In this document: piece after piece, positions 51,077 to 60,364 of the stretch
Layout of the letters: the number at the start of each line of letters is the position of its first letter
How positions within the stretch are numbered: the stretch's first letter is position 1
Notes under the pieces: generated by a model
Database searches by the model: none
What the model saw: only the letters and a program-made list of their open reading frames with translations
Told to the model about the DNA's origin: nothing
Translations under genes and position numbers: made by a program
DNA from: Candidatus Bathyarchaeota archaeon
GTDB taxonomy: Archaea; Thermoproteota; Bathyarchaeia; Bathyarchaeales; Bathycorpusculaceae
Assembly (NCBI GenBank): GCA_963707955.1
Contig: OY970176.1
Coordinates: 1,248,001 to 1,312,000 of the forward strand
DNA length: 64,000 nucleotides
Direction of reading: 5' to 3'

Positions 51077-51829
51077 TTGACCGTCATGATCGACAAAGAG
51101 GTTTATGTGAAGACCATTCTGTCCAAATCGAAGGTCTTTGATTATTCCGTTAATCCCTACATTGGTTGTGAGCACGGCTGCACATACTGTTACGCACGGT
51201 TCATGAAGAGGTACACTGGTCACAAGGAAGAGTGGGGCGAGTTCGTGGATCCGAAGATCAACGCACCAAGCCTGCTGCAAGTGGAGTTGAAAAAGAAAAC
51301 AGCGGGCAGAGTCTGGATGAGTGGAACGTGCGACCCTTACCAGCCTCTGGAAAAGAAATATGAGCTGACGAAGAAGTGTCTGGAAGTGCTGTCGGAACAC
51401 GCTTGGCCCGTTACCGTTCAGACAAAATCTTCACTTGTTAACCGAGACGTAGACCTGCTCAGAAAAATCAACGACGTAGAAGTCGGAGTTACGATTACCA
51501 CAGCCGATGACGGTATTAGGAAGATCTTTGAACCTAACTTGCCGCCGATCAGCGAAAGGATTGAAACGCTCACGAAACTTCGTTCAGCAGGCATCAGAAC
51601 CTTCGCGATGATAGCGCCACTACTGCCGAAAGCCGAAGGTCTGCCGACTCTTCTAAGAAGAAGAACGAACTATGTACTAATCGACAAGACGCACTATCAT
51701 TACGCAGATTGGGCGTACAGAAAATTCAAATTGCAATATGCAATGACTGACGACTTCTTTGCCTCCAAGAAAAAAGAGCTGGTCAGCGCCTTTGAAAAGG
51801 AAAGGATACCCTGCCAAGTGCTATTCTAG
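51077..51829 (+). CDS. Radical SAM protein, spore photoproduct lyase-like family
   Basis: NPYIGCEHGCTYCYA, DPYQPLE, QTKS. Confidence 0.9.
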   Translation: MTVMIDKEVYVKTILSKSKVFDYSVNPYIGCEHGCTYCYARFMKRYTGHKEEWGEFVDPKINAPSLLQVELKKKTAGRVWMSGTCDPYQPLEKKYELTKKCLEVLSEHAWPVTVQTKSSLVNRDVDLLRKINDVEVGVTITTADDGIRKIFEPNLPPISERIETLTKLRSAGIRTFAMIAPLLPKAEGLPTLLRRRTNYVLIDKTHYHYADWAYRKFKLQYAMTDDFFASKKKELVSAFEKERIPCQVLF

Positions 51830-51906
51830 TGTTTCAAGCAGGGGCTAATCGTCGCATAGATAAACCTGCTAAGGCCTTAAATACTCAAATACGAAAGGTT
51901 TTGTTC

Positions 51907-52767
51907 ATGGGATACCAATCGCGGATAAGGTCACCCGGAAACTCCGGCCGAGGACATGGAATGCCGCGACGTAAAAAGGCCAGAGCCAAAGCTACAAGAG
52001 AAAAACGCCGATCTAGTAGCAGCTACATGTCAGAGGAACATAATGTTCCGACCTTAGAAGAAGTTTCGGACAGGACTCTAAACAGGCTACGTAGCCTAGG
52101 AAACCAAAGATTTGCTCTTTCCCCCTTCAGTGAGCACTTCGGCCGTTGGCTTGTCGACCTGAGAGATGTTGTATTCGAGTTTGAGTCAAGTCCCACGATA
52201 AGCGTAGATGGCCAATTCTTGAAGGAACGTTCACAGATACTTTCGAATGTTGAGGTTGACCTTGAGGAAAGACGGCACAAGGAAGCTACGCTAGACGGAA
52301 TTACCAAAGACCTCTCGGGCAACAGAATTCTTCTCGAACGAATCGAAGAAGAATACACTGATAAGACGAAAGAGATCGAAGGGCGGAAAGCTAATGAAAT
52401 CAAGCGTCTGTCAAGCAATATTGATGGCCTCAGAGAAGAGCTGGATCGTATAGCTCGAATTAAAACGGGCATCTTCAGACGCGTCACGGAGAAGGCTAAG
52501 GCACAAAAAGAGGCAGAGGCAACCCACAGACTGAACTCTGAACAAAGGGAGCTCGCATTAGCCATGCAACACTTCAGTGCTGAAAAAGAGAAGCTCCGAG
52601 ACGAATACGAGAAAAAGAAGCAGCCCGTCATCGAGCAGATGCTAGATCAACAGAAAGAGATCGAAAACCTAGAGATCGATGGCTCTCTCGAAACCAGACG
52701 AGCCGCATCCGAGGCCCTCATCAACGCAGTAGACGGACTTCTCCAGAGAGAAAGATCGCTTCATTAG
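51907..52767 (+). CDS. Coiled-coil hypothetical protein
   Basis: Long E/K/R-rich ORF; start uncertain (ORF opens at 51829). Confidence 0.7.
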   Translation: MGYQSRIRSPGNSGRGHGMPRRKKARAKATREKRRSSSSYMSEEHNVPTLEEVSDRTLNRLRSLGNQRFALSPFSEHFGRWLVDLRDVVFEFESSPTISVDGQFLKERSQILSNVEVDLEERRHKEATLDGITKDLSGNRILLERIEEEYTDKTKEIEGRKANEIKRLSSNIDGLREELDRIARIKTGIFRRVTEKAKAQKEAEATHRLNSEQRELALAMQHFSAEKEKLRDEYEKKKQPVIEQMLDQQKEIENLEIDGSLETRRAASEALINAVDGLLQRERSLH

Positions 52768-52843
52768 ACCCGGTGACCTAGAGCGCGCTGAAGCCTTCAA
52801 GTAATACTTCCATAAAAGTAACATTGCGGTGGGCTGGTTTAAG

Positions 52844-53481
52844 ATGGGTATTTCAGTCAAATGGTTGGGACACGCAAGCTTTGAGATAAAGGCCGACGAT
52901 AAGACAATCTACATCGATCCTTATGAAGGAGAATACAAGGACAAAGCGGACCTGATACTGGTCTCGCACTCCCATGACGACCATTGCGACACGTCGAAAA
53001 TAAAGAAAATCCGAAAAGAAGACACCCTAGTCATTGCTCCCGCCGATTGCGCATCAAAGATAGGAGGAAAAGTGAAATCGCTTAAGCCTGGAGAAAAGGT
53101 TTCTCTTGCAGACATCACAGTGGAAGCCGTCGCAGCTTACAACTACAAGAGGTTCAGGTCTCCTGGCAACCCATTCCATCCGAAAGGCTTCGGAGTCGGA
53201 TATCTGATAAAGATAGGGGACAAAACCATCTATCATGCAGGAGACACAGACTTCATTCCGGAGATGAGAAACCTCAGAAACGTCTACCTCGCCTTACTCC
53301 CCAGCGGCGGAACCTACACCATGGACAACCATGAGGCTGCAGAGGCGGCGCTGTCAATCAAACCACAATTCGTCATCCCAATGCACATGTGGAACACAAG
53401 TCCTAGTGGACTAAAGAACGATGTAGAAGCAAAATCCAAGTCATCCTGCTTAAACCTGGAGAAGAATTCACAAAAGATTAG
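52844..53481 (+). CDS. Metallo-beta-lactamase fold hydrolase with a C-terminal frameshift near 53438
   Basis: WLGHASF, SHSHDDH, YHAGDT, IPMH; an alternative frame gives the typical VILLKPGEEFTKD* end. Confidence 0.88.
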
Positions 53482-53581
53482 AACGTCAGGACAATTCTCT
53501 TTTTTCTTTTTCGGTTTTTCGCACAGTTCATGAAAGGCTCATTGACACCAACGCATGCTGAGTTTCTTTCGGTAAAGTTCT

Positions 53582-53659
53582 TGGTGGGCCGGACCGGACT
53601 TGAACCGGCGACCTTTGGCTCGTAAAGCCAATGTCCTAACCAAGCTAGACGACCGGCCC
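53582..53659 (-). tRNA. trnV: tRNA-Val(TAC), CCA encoded, no intron
   Basis: GGGCCGG acceptor stem; TTGGC-TTTACGA-GCCAA anticodon arm; GCCGG-TTCAAGT-CCGGT T arm; ACCA end. Confidence 0.96.
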
Positions 53660-54017
53660 TCTTCCTTTTGAGTAAAGCAGACGTTATTTAAGAAATTTGG
53701 GTCAATGATATTTTGGTCAATTATGGGTCAACGTTCTTGGTGTTGTCTGAATCATCCAAGAGCGCGTTTGAAGTCCTGACTTCTTATGGTGGTTTTAGAG
53801 ACTCCTTAGAAGTTTTTCATCGAACATCCGTTAGTGTAAGCATAGAGCAAAGTGAGGAACAGGCCGATTTGTTTTGAAGTCAGTTGAGTATTTGCACTTT
53901 TCATTCAAACATGCTGGTTGCAAGAGAACAAATATTAGGATGCAATCTGTATATGCAAAGCAAAAAATTGCTATTAGAATCTGCGCAGCCTCTCGAGGCC
54001 ATAGTTGGTGTGCAAAG

Positions 54018-55091
54018 ATGAAGAGAATTCTGGTTACAGGTGCTGGAGGACCCGCTGGACTGAATTTTGTCAAGTCTCTGAGAATTGCACCTGAAAAGAT
54101 GTTTATAGTCGGAACGGAAGCCAACGAATATTTCATACACCTGGCTTCTGGAGACAAGAATTATCCAGTTCCTGAAGCAACTGAAGCTACCTATATTGAA
54201 AGGTTAAATGAAGTCACGCGGAAAGAGAAAGTTGAATTTATCCATGCTCAGCCAGATGTTGAGGTCGCAACTGTTTCAGAAAACCGTGAAAGACTGGATG
54301 CAGACGTTTTCCTCCCATCGAAAGAAGCCATACGAAAATGTCAGGATAAACTAGAATCTGCAAGAATATGGCATAGAGGCGATGTTCCAGTTGGAAGAGC
54401 ACTTGAGCTACGTGGAGAATCAGACGTTGACAAGGCGTTTGAAGAGTTTGGAAGCCCCATCTGGATTAGGGCTAGACATGGTGCTGGTGGCAGAGGAAGC
54501 ACCGCGGCCTTCAACAAGAAAACTGCTTTGGCATGGATTGAGTATTGGAAATCCCGAAGAATGAATTGGAAATTCATTGCACAGGAGTATTTGCCAGGAA
54601 GAAACATAGGTTTCCACAGTCTATGGAAGAACGGCGAACTCGTCACATCTATGGCAAGAGAACGCATCGAGTACATCTATCCAAACCTCGCTCCTTCAGG
54701 TGTTACGGGTACACCTGCGACCCAGAAAACGATCTACGACGACAAGGCAAACGAAATCGGAACAAGAGCCGTCTTAGCCATTGACCCTGATTTCAACGGG
54801 ATCGCTTGTGTGGACCTGAAAGAAAACAAAGAAGGCAAGCCCTGCGTGACAGAAATCAACGCTGGAAGAATGTTCACCACGTCCTTTTTCTTCTCTTATG
54901 CAAGCAAAGTGTTGCGCAAGGATTATTGTGCTAACATTCCATACTTGTACGTGAGGCTTGCGTTCAAAGAGAACATACCAAAAGTGCCAAAGTATAACAT
55001 TCTGCCGGAGAACACTTATTGGATCCGCCATATTGACGCGCCCGCAAGACTGGTTAAAGATGGGAAGATCCTCGGGGAAATGTACCGTTGA
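54018..55091 (+). CDS. ATP-grasp carboxylate-amine ligase-like protein
   Basis: ILVTGAGGPAG, CQDK, GAGGRG, AQEYLPG, VTEINAGR. Confidence 0.85.
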   Translation: MKRILVTGAGGPAGLNFVKSLRIAPEKMFIVGTEANEYFIHLASGDKNYPVPEATEATYIERLNEVTRKEKVEFIHAQPDVEVATVSENRERLDADVFLPSKEAIRKCQDKLESARIWHRGDVPVGRALELRGESDVDKAFEEFGSPIWIRARHGAGGRGSTAAFNKKTALAWIEYWKSRRMNWKFIAQEYLPGRNIGFHSLWKNGELVTSMARERIEYIYPNLAPSGVTGTPATQKTIYDDKANEIGTRAVLAIDPDFNGIACVDLKENKEGKPCVTEINAGRMFTTSFFFSYASKVLRKDYCANIPYLYVRLAFKENIPKVPKYNILPENTYWIRHIDAPARLVKDGKILGEMYR

Positions 55092-55582
55092 TCGAAGCTG
55101 TGATATTTGACCTCGACGGAACATTGATTCATCTGCCAATAGATTACGAGAGGCTTTTTCGAGAATTCGGCAAAATCATGAAGACTGGTAATGTGCGCCC
55201 GTTAACAAAGACAATTTCTAAATTGGATGAAAAAGCAAGAAAACAACTTTTTAAAGCTTGGGATAGAGCCGAGCTCGAAGCGCTGGCAGACATGAAATTA
55301 AATGACGATGGAATCGCCCTGTACAAGAAGTTTTCTGAGGAGCCCAAGGTTCTCGTAACGATGCAGGGCAAGGCTTTGGTGCAGACCGTCCTCGAACGTT
55401 TGGGTTTGTCATTCAACCTTGTTATCACTAGAGAAAACTGTCTCGACAGAGCTGAACAGCTCAAGACCGCCGCAGAGAAGCTTAGAATGCCTCTGCCAAA
55501 TATCCTGTTCATCGGAAACACCGACGAAGACCGCCTCACGGCAAAAATGGTCTCGTGCCAATTCTTGAGGGTTGGAGAATGA
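55088..55582 (+). CDS. HAD-superfamily hydrolase
   Basis: VIFDLDGTL motif I; LFIGNTDED. Confidence 0.87.
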   Translation: MIEAVIFDLDGTLIHLPIDYERLFREFGKIMKTGNVRPLTKTISKLDEKARKQLFKAWDRAELEALADMKLNDDGIALYKKFSEEPKVLVTMQGKALVQTVLERLGLSFNLVITRENCLDRAEQLKTAAEKLRMPLPNILFIGNTDEDRLTAKMVSCQFLRVGE

Positions 55583-56562
55583 AGATTTGGTATGACGCTG
55601 GTACAGGAAAGCAAGTGAGATATGCCGTCGCGATTGCAAGACGTCTCCGAAGCTTGGGACATGAAGTCACACTAACAACGAGGAGGCATCCTGACACCCT
55701 GCCGCTGGCTGAGTTTTTGGAAGAAAAGTTCATTGTAGCAGGGAGGTACAACCCCAGATCCCTGATGACAAGACTGAGAGAAAGCATCCGCCGACAACGA
55801 TTTTTCTGCAAGATCTTTGACCAAGGCGCTCTGGACGTTGCCATCTCGCATGGCTCCGTGGACCAATGCAGAGTAGCATTTGGTTTAGGAGTCCCAATAA
55901 TCTCAACGGTTGACACTCCTTATGCAGAGGCTGTGCACAGACTTACGCTGACCTTGTCAGATTACATCATTGCCTCAAAGGCAATTCCAAGAAGAATCTT
56001 GCAAACCTACAACATTGGGGGACAAATAAAAAGTTTTGACGGCGTGGACGAGGTTGCATGGATCAAGGACTTTGAGCCGAAGACAATGTTTGATTTCGGA
56101 AAACCACTAATCGTGGTTAGACCGCTTGAAGAAAGAGCCGTCTATACCAAAGAGAAAGTAGACCTGCTTGCGTTAGCAAAAAAGTTGACTCTGCTTGGAA
56201 AAGTTGTGTTTCTTTCAAGGTACACTCGCAAATCTATCAAAGACCTAATTGTGCCCAAAGGGTTCGTTGACTCACCCAGCCTGATTGCACAGGCGGATCT
56301 TTTTGTCGGCGTTGGAGGCACCAGTACACGAGAAGCAGCGCTGCAGGGAATACCTGCAATAATCGTTAACGTGTTTCGAAAACAACACGTAAATGAGTTT
56401 TTAGCCAAGAAAGGCTTTCCGATTTTCAGGGTTGAGCCCGCGGACGCGTTGAGACTTGCGGAGAAACTCCTTGGCAAGAAGTATGACGTTGAACATTTGC
56501 TGGCTGAGCTTGAAAATCCAGTTGACGTTGTTGCTGATGTTGTAAAGAAAATCGGGGCATGA
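55579..56562 (+). CDS. DUF354 family protein (GT-B/LpxB-like)
   Basis: MKIWYD...GHEVTLTTR, ISHGS, GVGGTSTREAALQGIP. Confidence 0.85.
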   Translation: MKIWYDAGTGKQVRYAVAIARRLRSLGHEVTLTTRRHPDTLPLAEFLEEKFIVAGRYNPRSLMTRLRESIRRQRFFCKIFDQGALDVAISHGSVDQCRVAFGLGVPIISTVDTPYAEAVHRLTLTLSDYIIASKAIPRRILQTYNIGGQIKSFDGVDEVAWIKDFEPKTMFDFGKPLIVVRPLEERAVYTKEKVDLLALAKKLTLLGKVVFLSRYTRKSIKDLIVPKGFVDSPSLIAQADLFVGVGGTSTREAALQGIPAIIVNVFRKQHVNEFLAKKGFPIFRVEPADALRLAEKLLGKKYDVEHLLAELENPVDVVADVVKKIGA

Positions 56563-56732
56563 AGAGGCTCTCGCATTGTGTATTCACGTTTATATGTTAC
56601 CCCAGCAATTTTGATGTTCTGATAGGTGAAATGCCAAGAGAAAACGTTTGGATTGTCGGTTGAATTGCATATATCAATAATATATGGTGGAAACAGCCTT
56701 TGAGGCAATAAGAAGAAATTGGAGGAATTTCA

Positions 56733-57731
56733 ACGAAACCGAAAATCGTCCTTGTCGGCGTCGGGAGATTCGGAAAGAACCATTTACGCGTATTAAAGGA
56801 GCTGGAAAATGATGGGTTATGCACACTTTACGGAATCGTGGATAAACGAGTTGAGGTCTTGGACAGCATTAAGAAGACTTATGGCGTTTCAACAACCTCA
56901 AACCTGGCTGACTTTCTAAATAGTGAAGCAGACGCAGTGGATGTGGTAACCCCTTCTGACACTCACTTCGAAATATGCAAAGAGTGTCTAGCATCTGGGA
57001 AGCATGTTTTGGTTGAGAAACCGCTAACCACATGTTATTCTGACGCGAGGAAGCTGGTTCAGTTCGCGGCTAAACGTAACAGAATTCTGATGGTGGGACA
57101 CATTTTCAGATACAATCCAGCCGTGAAAAAACTCAAAGAGTTGATCAGAAGCGGCGAGCTGGGGCAAATTTACTACATGTTTGGACACTACATGGGTTTT
57201 AAAGACCCAAGAGCAGAGCTAGGCGCATTGTTAAATTTCGGTATACACCAGATTGACATCTACGACTATTTGTTGGATGAAATTCCAGAAGAAGCCACTT
57301 GTAACACAGCTCATTTTCTGGGAAGGAAAGAATTCGAGGATTTGGCGATTACTGTCTTAAAGTATAGGAACGGTGCCTTGGGAATTATTGAGAGTAGCTG
57401 GTTGCCGCCTGGAAATTATCGAGACCTGACAGTCGTTGGAAGCAAAAAAAGTTTGACTTCAGATCTTGCAAAACAAACGATAATTGTTCATGACGTTCAC
57501 ATCGAAAAACAGAATGACACGTTGAAAGCAGCGGACAAAGGTTCATTAGATGTTGATGTAAAATTCGAGGAGCCGCTTAGACTTGAACTTAAGGATTTTG
57601 TAGAATGCATTAAGACTGGAAGGAAACCATTAGCCAACGACCAGGTGGCATTAAGAACAATAATGATAGCAGAGAAAGCGTTAGAATCGGCCCGGTTAAA
57701 GAGAAGCGTGAGGATAGATGAAAGTAAGTAA
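56733..57731 (+). CDS. Gfo/Idh/MocA oxidoreductase (WbpB-like); apparent ACG start codon
   Basis: Rossmann motif KPKIVLVGVGRFG lies upstream of the first GTG; HVLVEKP, MVGHIFRYNP. Confidence 0.9.
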   Translation, partial: TKPKIVLVGVGRFGKNHLRVLKELENDGLCTLYGIVDKRVEVLDSIKKTYGVSTTSNLADFLNSEADAVDVVTPSDTHFEICKECLASGKHVLVEKPLTTCYSDARKLVQFAAKRNRILMVGHIFRYNPAVKKLKELIRSGELGQIYYMFGHYMGFKDPRAELGALLNFGIHQIDIYDYLLDEIPEEATCNTAHFLGRKEFEDLAITVLKYRNGALGIIESSWLPPGNYRDLTVVGSKKSLTSDLAKQTIIVHDVHIEKQNDTLKAADKGSLDVDVKFEEPLRLELKDFVECIKTGRKPLANDQVALRTIMIAEKALESARLKRSVRIDESK

Positions 57732-58401
57732 GAATGTTGTGATTTATGAACACGTTAAAATAGGAAAAGACCCCATCATTGAGGACTTTGCAATCTTAGG
57801 CAAGCCGCCTGTTGGAGCTGAAGCTGATGAGATGGAATTGGTTATCGGCGACTTCCCTATTATCAGGTCTGGGACAATAATCTATGCTGGAAATACTATT
57901 GGAAACAGCTTTCGCACGGGAGACGGTGCTAGAATAAGGGAGAAAAACAGGATAGGCAACAACGTCAGCGTCGGATCAATGTCTGTCATAGAACGTGAAT
58001 GTGACATAATGGACAATGTCAAAATTCACTCTGGCTGCTTCATACCTGAATACACTATTCTTGAAGAGGGAGCTTGGATTGGGCCAGGTGTCATCATGAC
58101 AAACGTGTTGCATCCGCCATGTCCGGCGTTTAAGAAATATGCTCCTGTTCGCGGGAAAGAATGCCTTCAAGGACCAATAGTAAACAAGAACGCTGTCGTC
58201 GGAGCAGGAGTTGTTATCCTGCCAGGAATAGTCATTGGCGAGAACTCGCTTGTCGGAGCCGGATCAGTTGTGACAGACGATGTGCCGCCTGAAAGGGTGG
58301 TCATAGGCAACCCTGCCAGGATAACCAGAAAGGTTGAAGAGCTAGAATGCCCCTTGGGGCTTTACAAGCGGGGAGAGGTCTACTCGTGGAGAAGAAAATG
58401 A
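57718..58401 (+). CDS. Hexapeptide-repeat N-acetyltransferase (WbpD/WxcM-like)
   Basis: Left-handed beta-helix repeats; GAGSVVTDDVP...GNPAR. Confidence 0.9.
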   Translation: MKVSKNVVIYEHVKIGKDPIIEDFAILGKPPVGAEADEMELVIGDFPIIRSGTIIYAGNTIGNSFRTGDGARIREKNRIGNNVSVGSMSVIERECDIMDNVKIHSGCFIPEYTILEEGAWIGPGVIMTNVLHPPCPAFKKYAPVRGKECLQGPIVNKNAVVGAGVVILPGIVIGENSLVGAGSVVTDDVPPERVVIGNPARITRKVEELECPLGLYKRGEVYSWRRK

Positions 58402-59489
58402 ACGTTCCACTGTCGAAAGTCTACATGGATGACGCTATCAAGAAGACGGTTTTGGAAGTTCTGGACAGCGGATGGTATATTCTGCGCGAAAAAGTTAAGG
58501 AGTTTGAAGATAAGTTTGCAGAATTCTGCGGTGTAAAAAACGCGGTCTGTGCGAGTTCAGGAACCGCAGCCATTTTTCTGTCATTGCTGGCGCTGGACAT
58601 CAAAGCTGGAGACGAGGTCGTAGTTCCATCTTTCTCCTTCATAGCTTCTGCTGCACCAGTTGTACAGGTTGGAGCCAAACCAGTCTTCGTAGACGTAGAA
58701 GCTAGAACGTATACGGCTGATCCTGAAAGAATAAGAGAGGCAGTGACTAAGCGGACCAAAGCCATATTTCCGGTCCATTTGTTTGGGCATCCTGCAAACA
58801 TGGATGCAATATTGGAGATAGCGGAAGAGAATGACCTCTACGTTATTGAGGATGCTTGCCAAGCGCACGGGGCGGAATACAAGGGACGAAAAGTTGGTGG
58901 AATAGGGCATGTTGCATGTTTCAGCTTTTACCCCTCAAAGAACATGACTGTTTGCGGTGACGGCGGTTCTGTTGTAACGAACGATGAAGAAATCGCAGAG
59001 AAAATTAGGATGCTTAGGGATCATGGCAGGCGGGAGAAGTACATCTTCGATGCGTTGGGTTACAATTTAAGGTTTAACGAGATTCAGGCAGCTATTGGAA
59101 TTAAGCAGTTGGAGAAGCTTCCAAGATGGAATGAAGCCAGACGAAACATCGCAAAAATGTATAACCAAGCCTTAGAAGAGTTGGTGACTACGCCGATTGA
59201 GGAAGAATGGGCTAAGCATGTCTACCATCTTTACGTGATAAGGACTAAAAAACGCGATAAGCTCGCGGAGTCCCTGAAGCAACACGGCGTGTCCACACTC
59301 GTGCATTATCCAGTTCCGATTCATAAGCAGCCAGCCATAACTGGGGTTTTAGGTGCTCAACCAGCGTTGAGGATTACTGACACAATCTGCCAGGAAGTGC
59401 TTTCGCTGCCAATGTATCCTAGTTTAACTGAACCCGAGGTTGAGTACGTTTCTGAAAGAATATCGGACTTTCTGAAAACCTTCAGATGA
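58398..59489 (+). CDS. DegT/DnrJ/EryC1/StrS sugar aminotransferase (WbpE-like)
   Basis: SSGTAA, IEDACQAHGA, FSFYPSKNM, GYNLR. Confidence 0.94.
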   Translation: MNVPLSKVYMDDAIKKTVLEVLDSGWYILREKVKEFEDKFAEFCGVKNAVCASSGTAAIFLSLLALDIKAGDEVVVPSFSFIASAAPVVQVGAKPVFVDVEARTYTADPERIREAVTKRTKAIFPVHLFGHPANMDAILEIAEENDLYVIEDACQAHGAEYKGRKVGGIGHVACFSFYPSKNMTVCGDGGSVVTNDEEIAEKIRMLRDHGRREKYIFDALGYNLRFNEIQAAIGIKQLEKLPRWNEARRNIAKMYNQALEELVTTPIEEEWAKHVYHLYVIRTKKRDKLAESLKQHGVSTLVHYPVPIHKQPAITGVLGAQPALRITDTICQEVLSLPMYPSLTEPEVEYVSERISDFLKTFR

Positions 59490-60341
59490 CTATTTGCCTA
59501 TTACTGTAGACTTCAACATTTCAAGGTAGGATTCGGCTGTCCCTATGTCTATTCTTTTTTCATTAGATCCCAATTTTAAACCGAAAACCTTGCAGTTCCA
59601 TTCTATCAATAGTCGAAGTGCTTCTGCTAATTGGATTTCTTCGTTCTTGTCGGGTCTCACTTCCTTGATGGCTTTGTATATTATCGGTTTGAACATGTAC
59701 AGGGCAACTATTGCTAGGTTTGATTGGGGTTTCTGAGGCTTCTCAACGACGTTTGTGACTCGAAATATGCCAGGTTTTATTTCTTTTCCTGTCACTACGC
59801 CGTAGTTTCTAGGGTCTGGGACTTCTTCGAGCAAAAATAGGGTGTCTGCGTCGTATTCTTCAAAGGTTTCTGTTGCCCTTCTCAGGTGATTGTTGTTTTT
59901 TGAAATGACTAGGTCGTCGCCTGCTTGCATCAGGAATTTTTCGCTTCCGGTGAATAAGGATGCTCTCCCAACAGCGTCTCCAAACCCTTTTGGTTTCGGT
60001 TGGTTTATGAACACTACGTTTGACTCGTTTATCTTTCTGTAGAAATCCTGCAGTTCTTCCGCGTTGTCTTTCCTATTTCTGTTTTCCAAGTATTTTATGA
60101 AATCTTCGTCTGGCGAGAAATGGTCTTCTATTGCTCTCTTGCCTTTGCCTACTATGAAGGCGAATTCCCTGAAGTGCACGTCATATAATTGCTCGAAGAT
60201 CGCTTGCAGCATTGGTTTCATGCATAGTTTGCCGTTTTTCGTAAGGGCGACAATCGGAAGCATCTCTTTCGGTAGTTCCTTTGTTATTGGCAGAAGTCTA
60301 GTCCCGAGACCTGCTGCCGGAATCACTGCCTTCTTGAGCAA
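59490..60341 (-). CDS. UTP-glucose-1-phosphate uridylyltransferase-like sugar nucleotidyltransferase
   Basis: KAVIPAAGLGTRLLPITKELPKEMLP, QPKPKGFGDAV, VEKP. Confidence 0.9.
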   Translation of the reverse strand: MLKKAVIPAAGLGTRLLPITKELPKEMLPIVALTKNGKLCMKPMLQAIFEQLYDVHFREFAFIVGKGKRAIEDHFSPDEDFIKYLENRNRKDNAEELQDFYRKINESNVVFINQPKPKGFGDAVGRASLFTGSEKFLMQAGDDLVISKNNNHLRRATETFEEYDADTLFLLEEVPDPRNYGVVTGKEIKPGIFRVTNVVEKPQKPQSNLAIVALYMFKPIIYKAIKEVRPDKNEEIQLAEALRLLIEWNCKVFGLKLGSNEKRIDIGTAESYLEMLKSTVIGK

Positions 60342-60364
60342 AGATGAACCTCACGTTGTTTTGG

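Noticed and set aside
53660-53760. tRNA-Val as an integration site; three GGTCAA direct repeats upstream of it
   Set aside because: No duplicated tRNA-Val 3' end or integrase in the window; the repeats are too short to interpret
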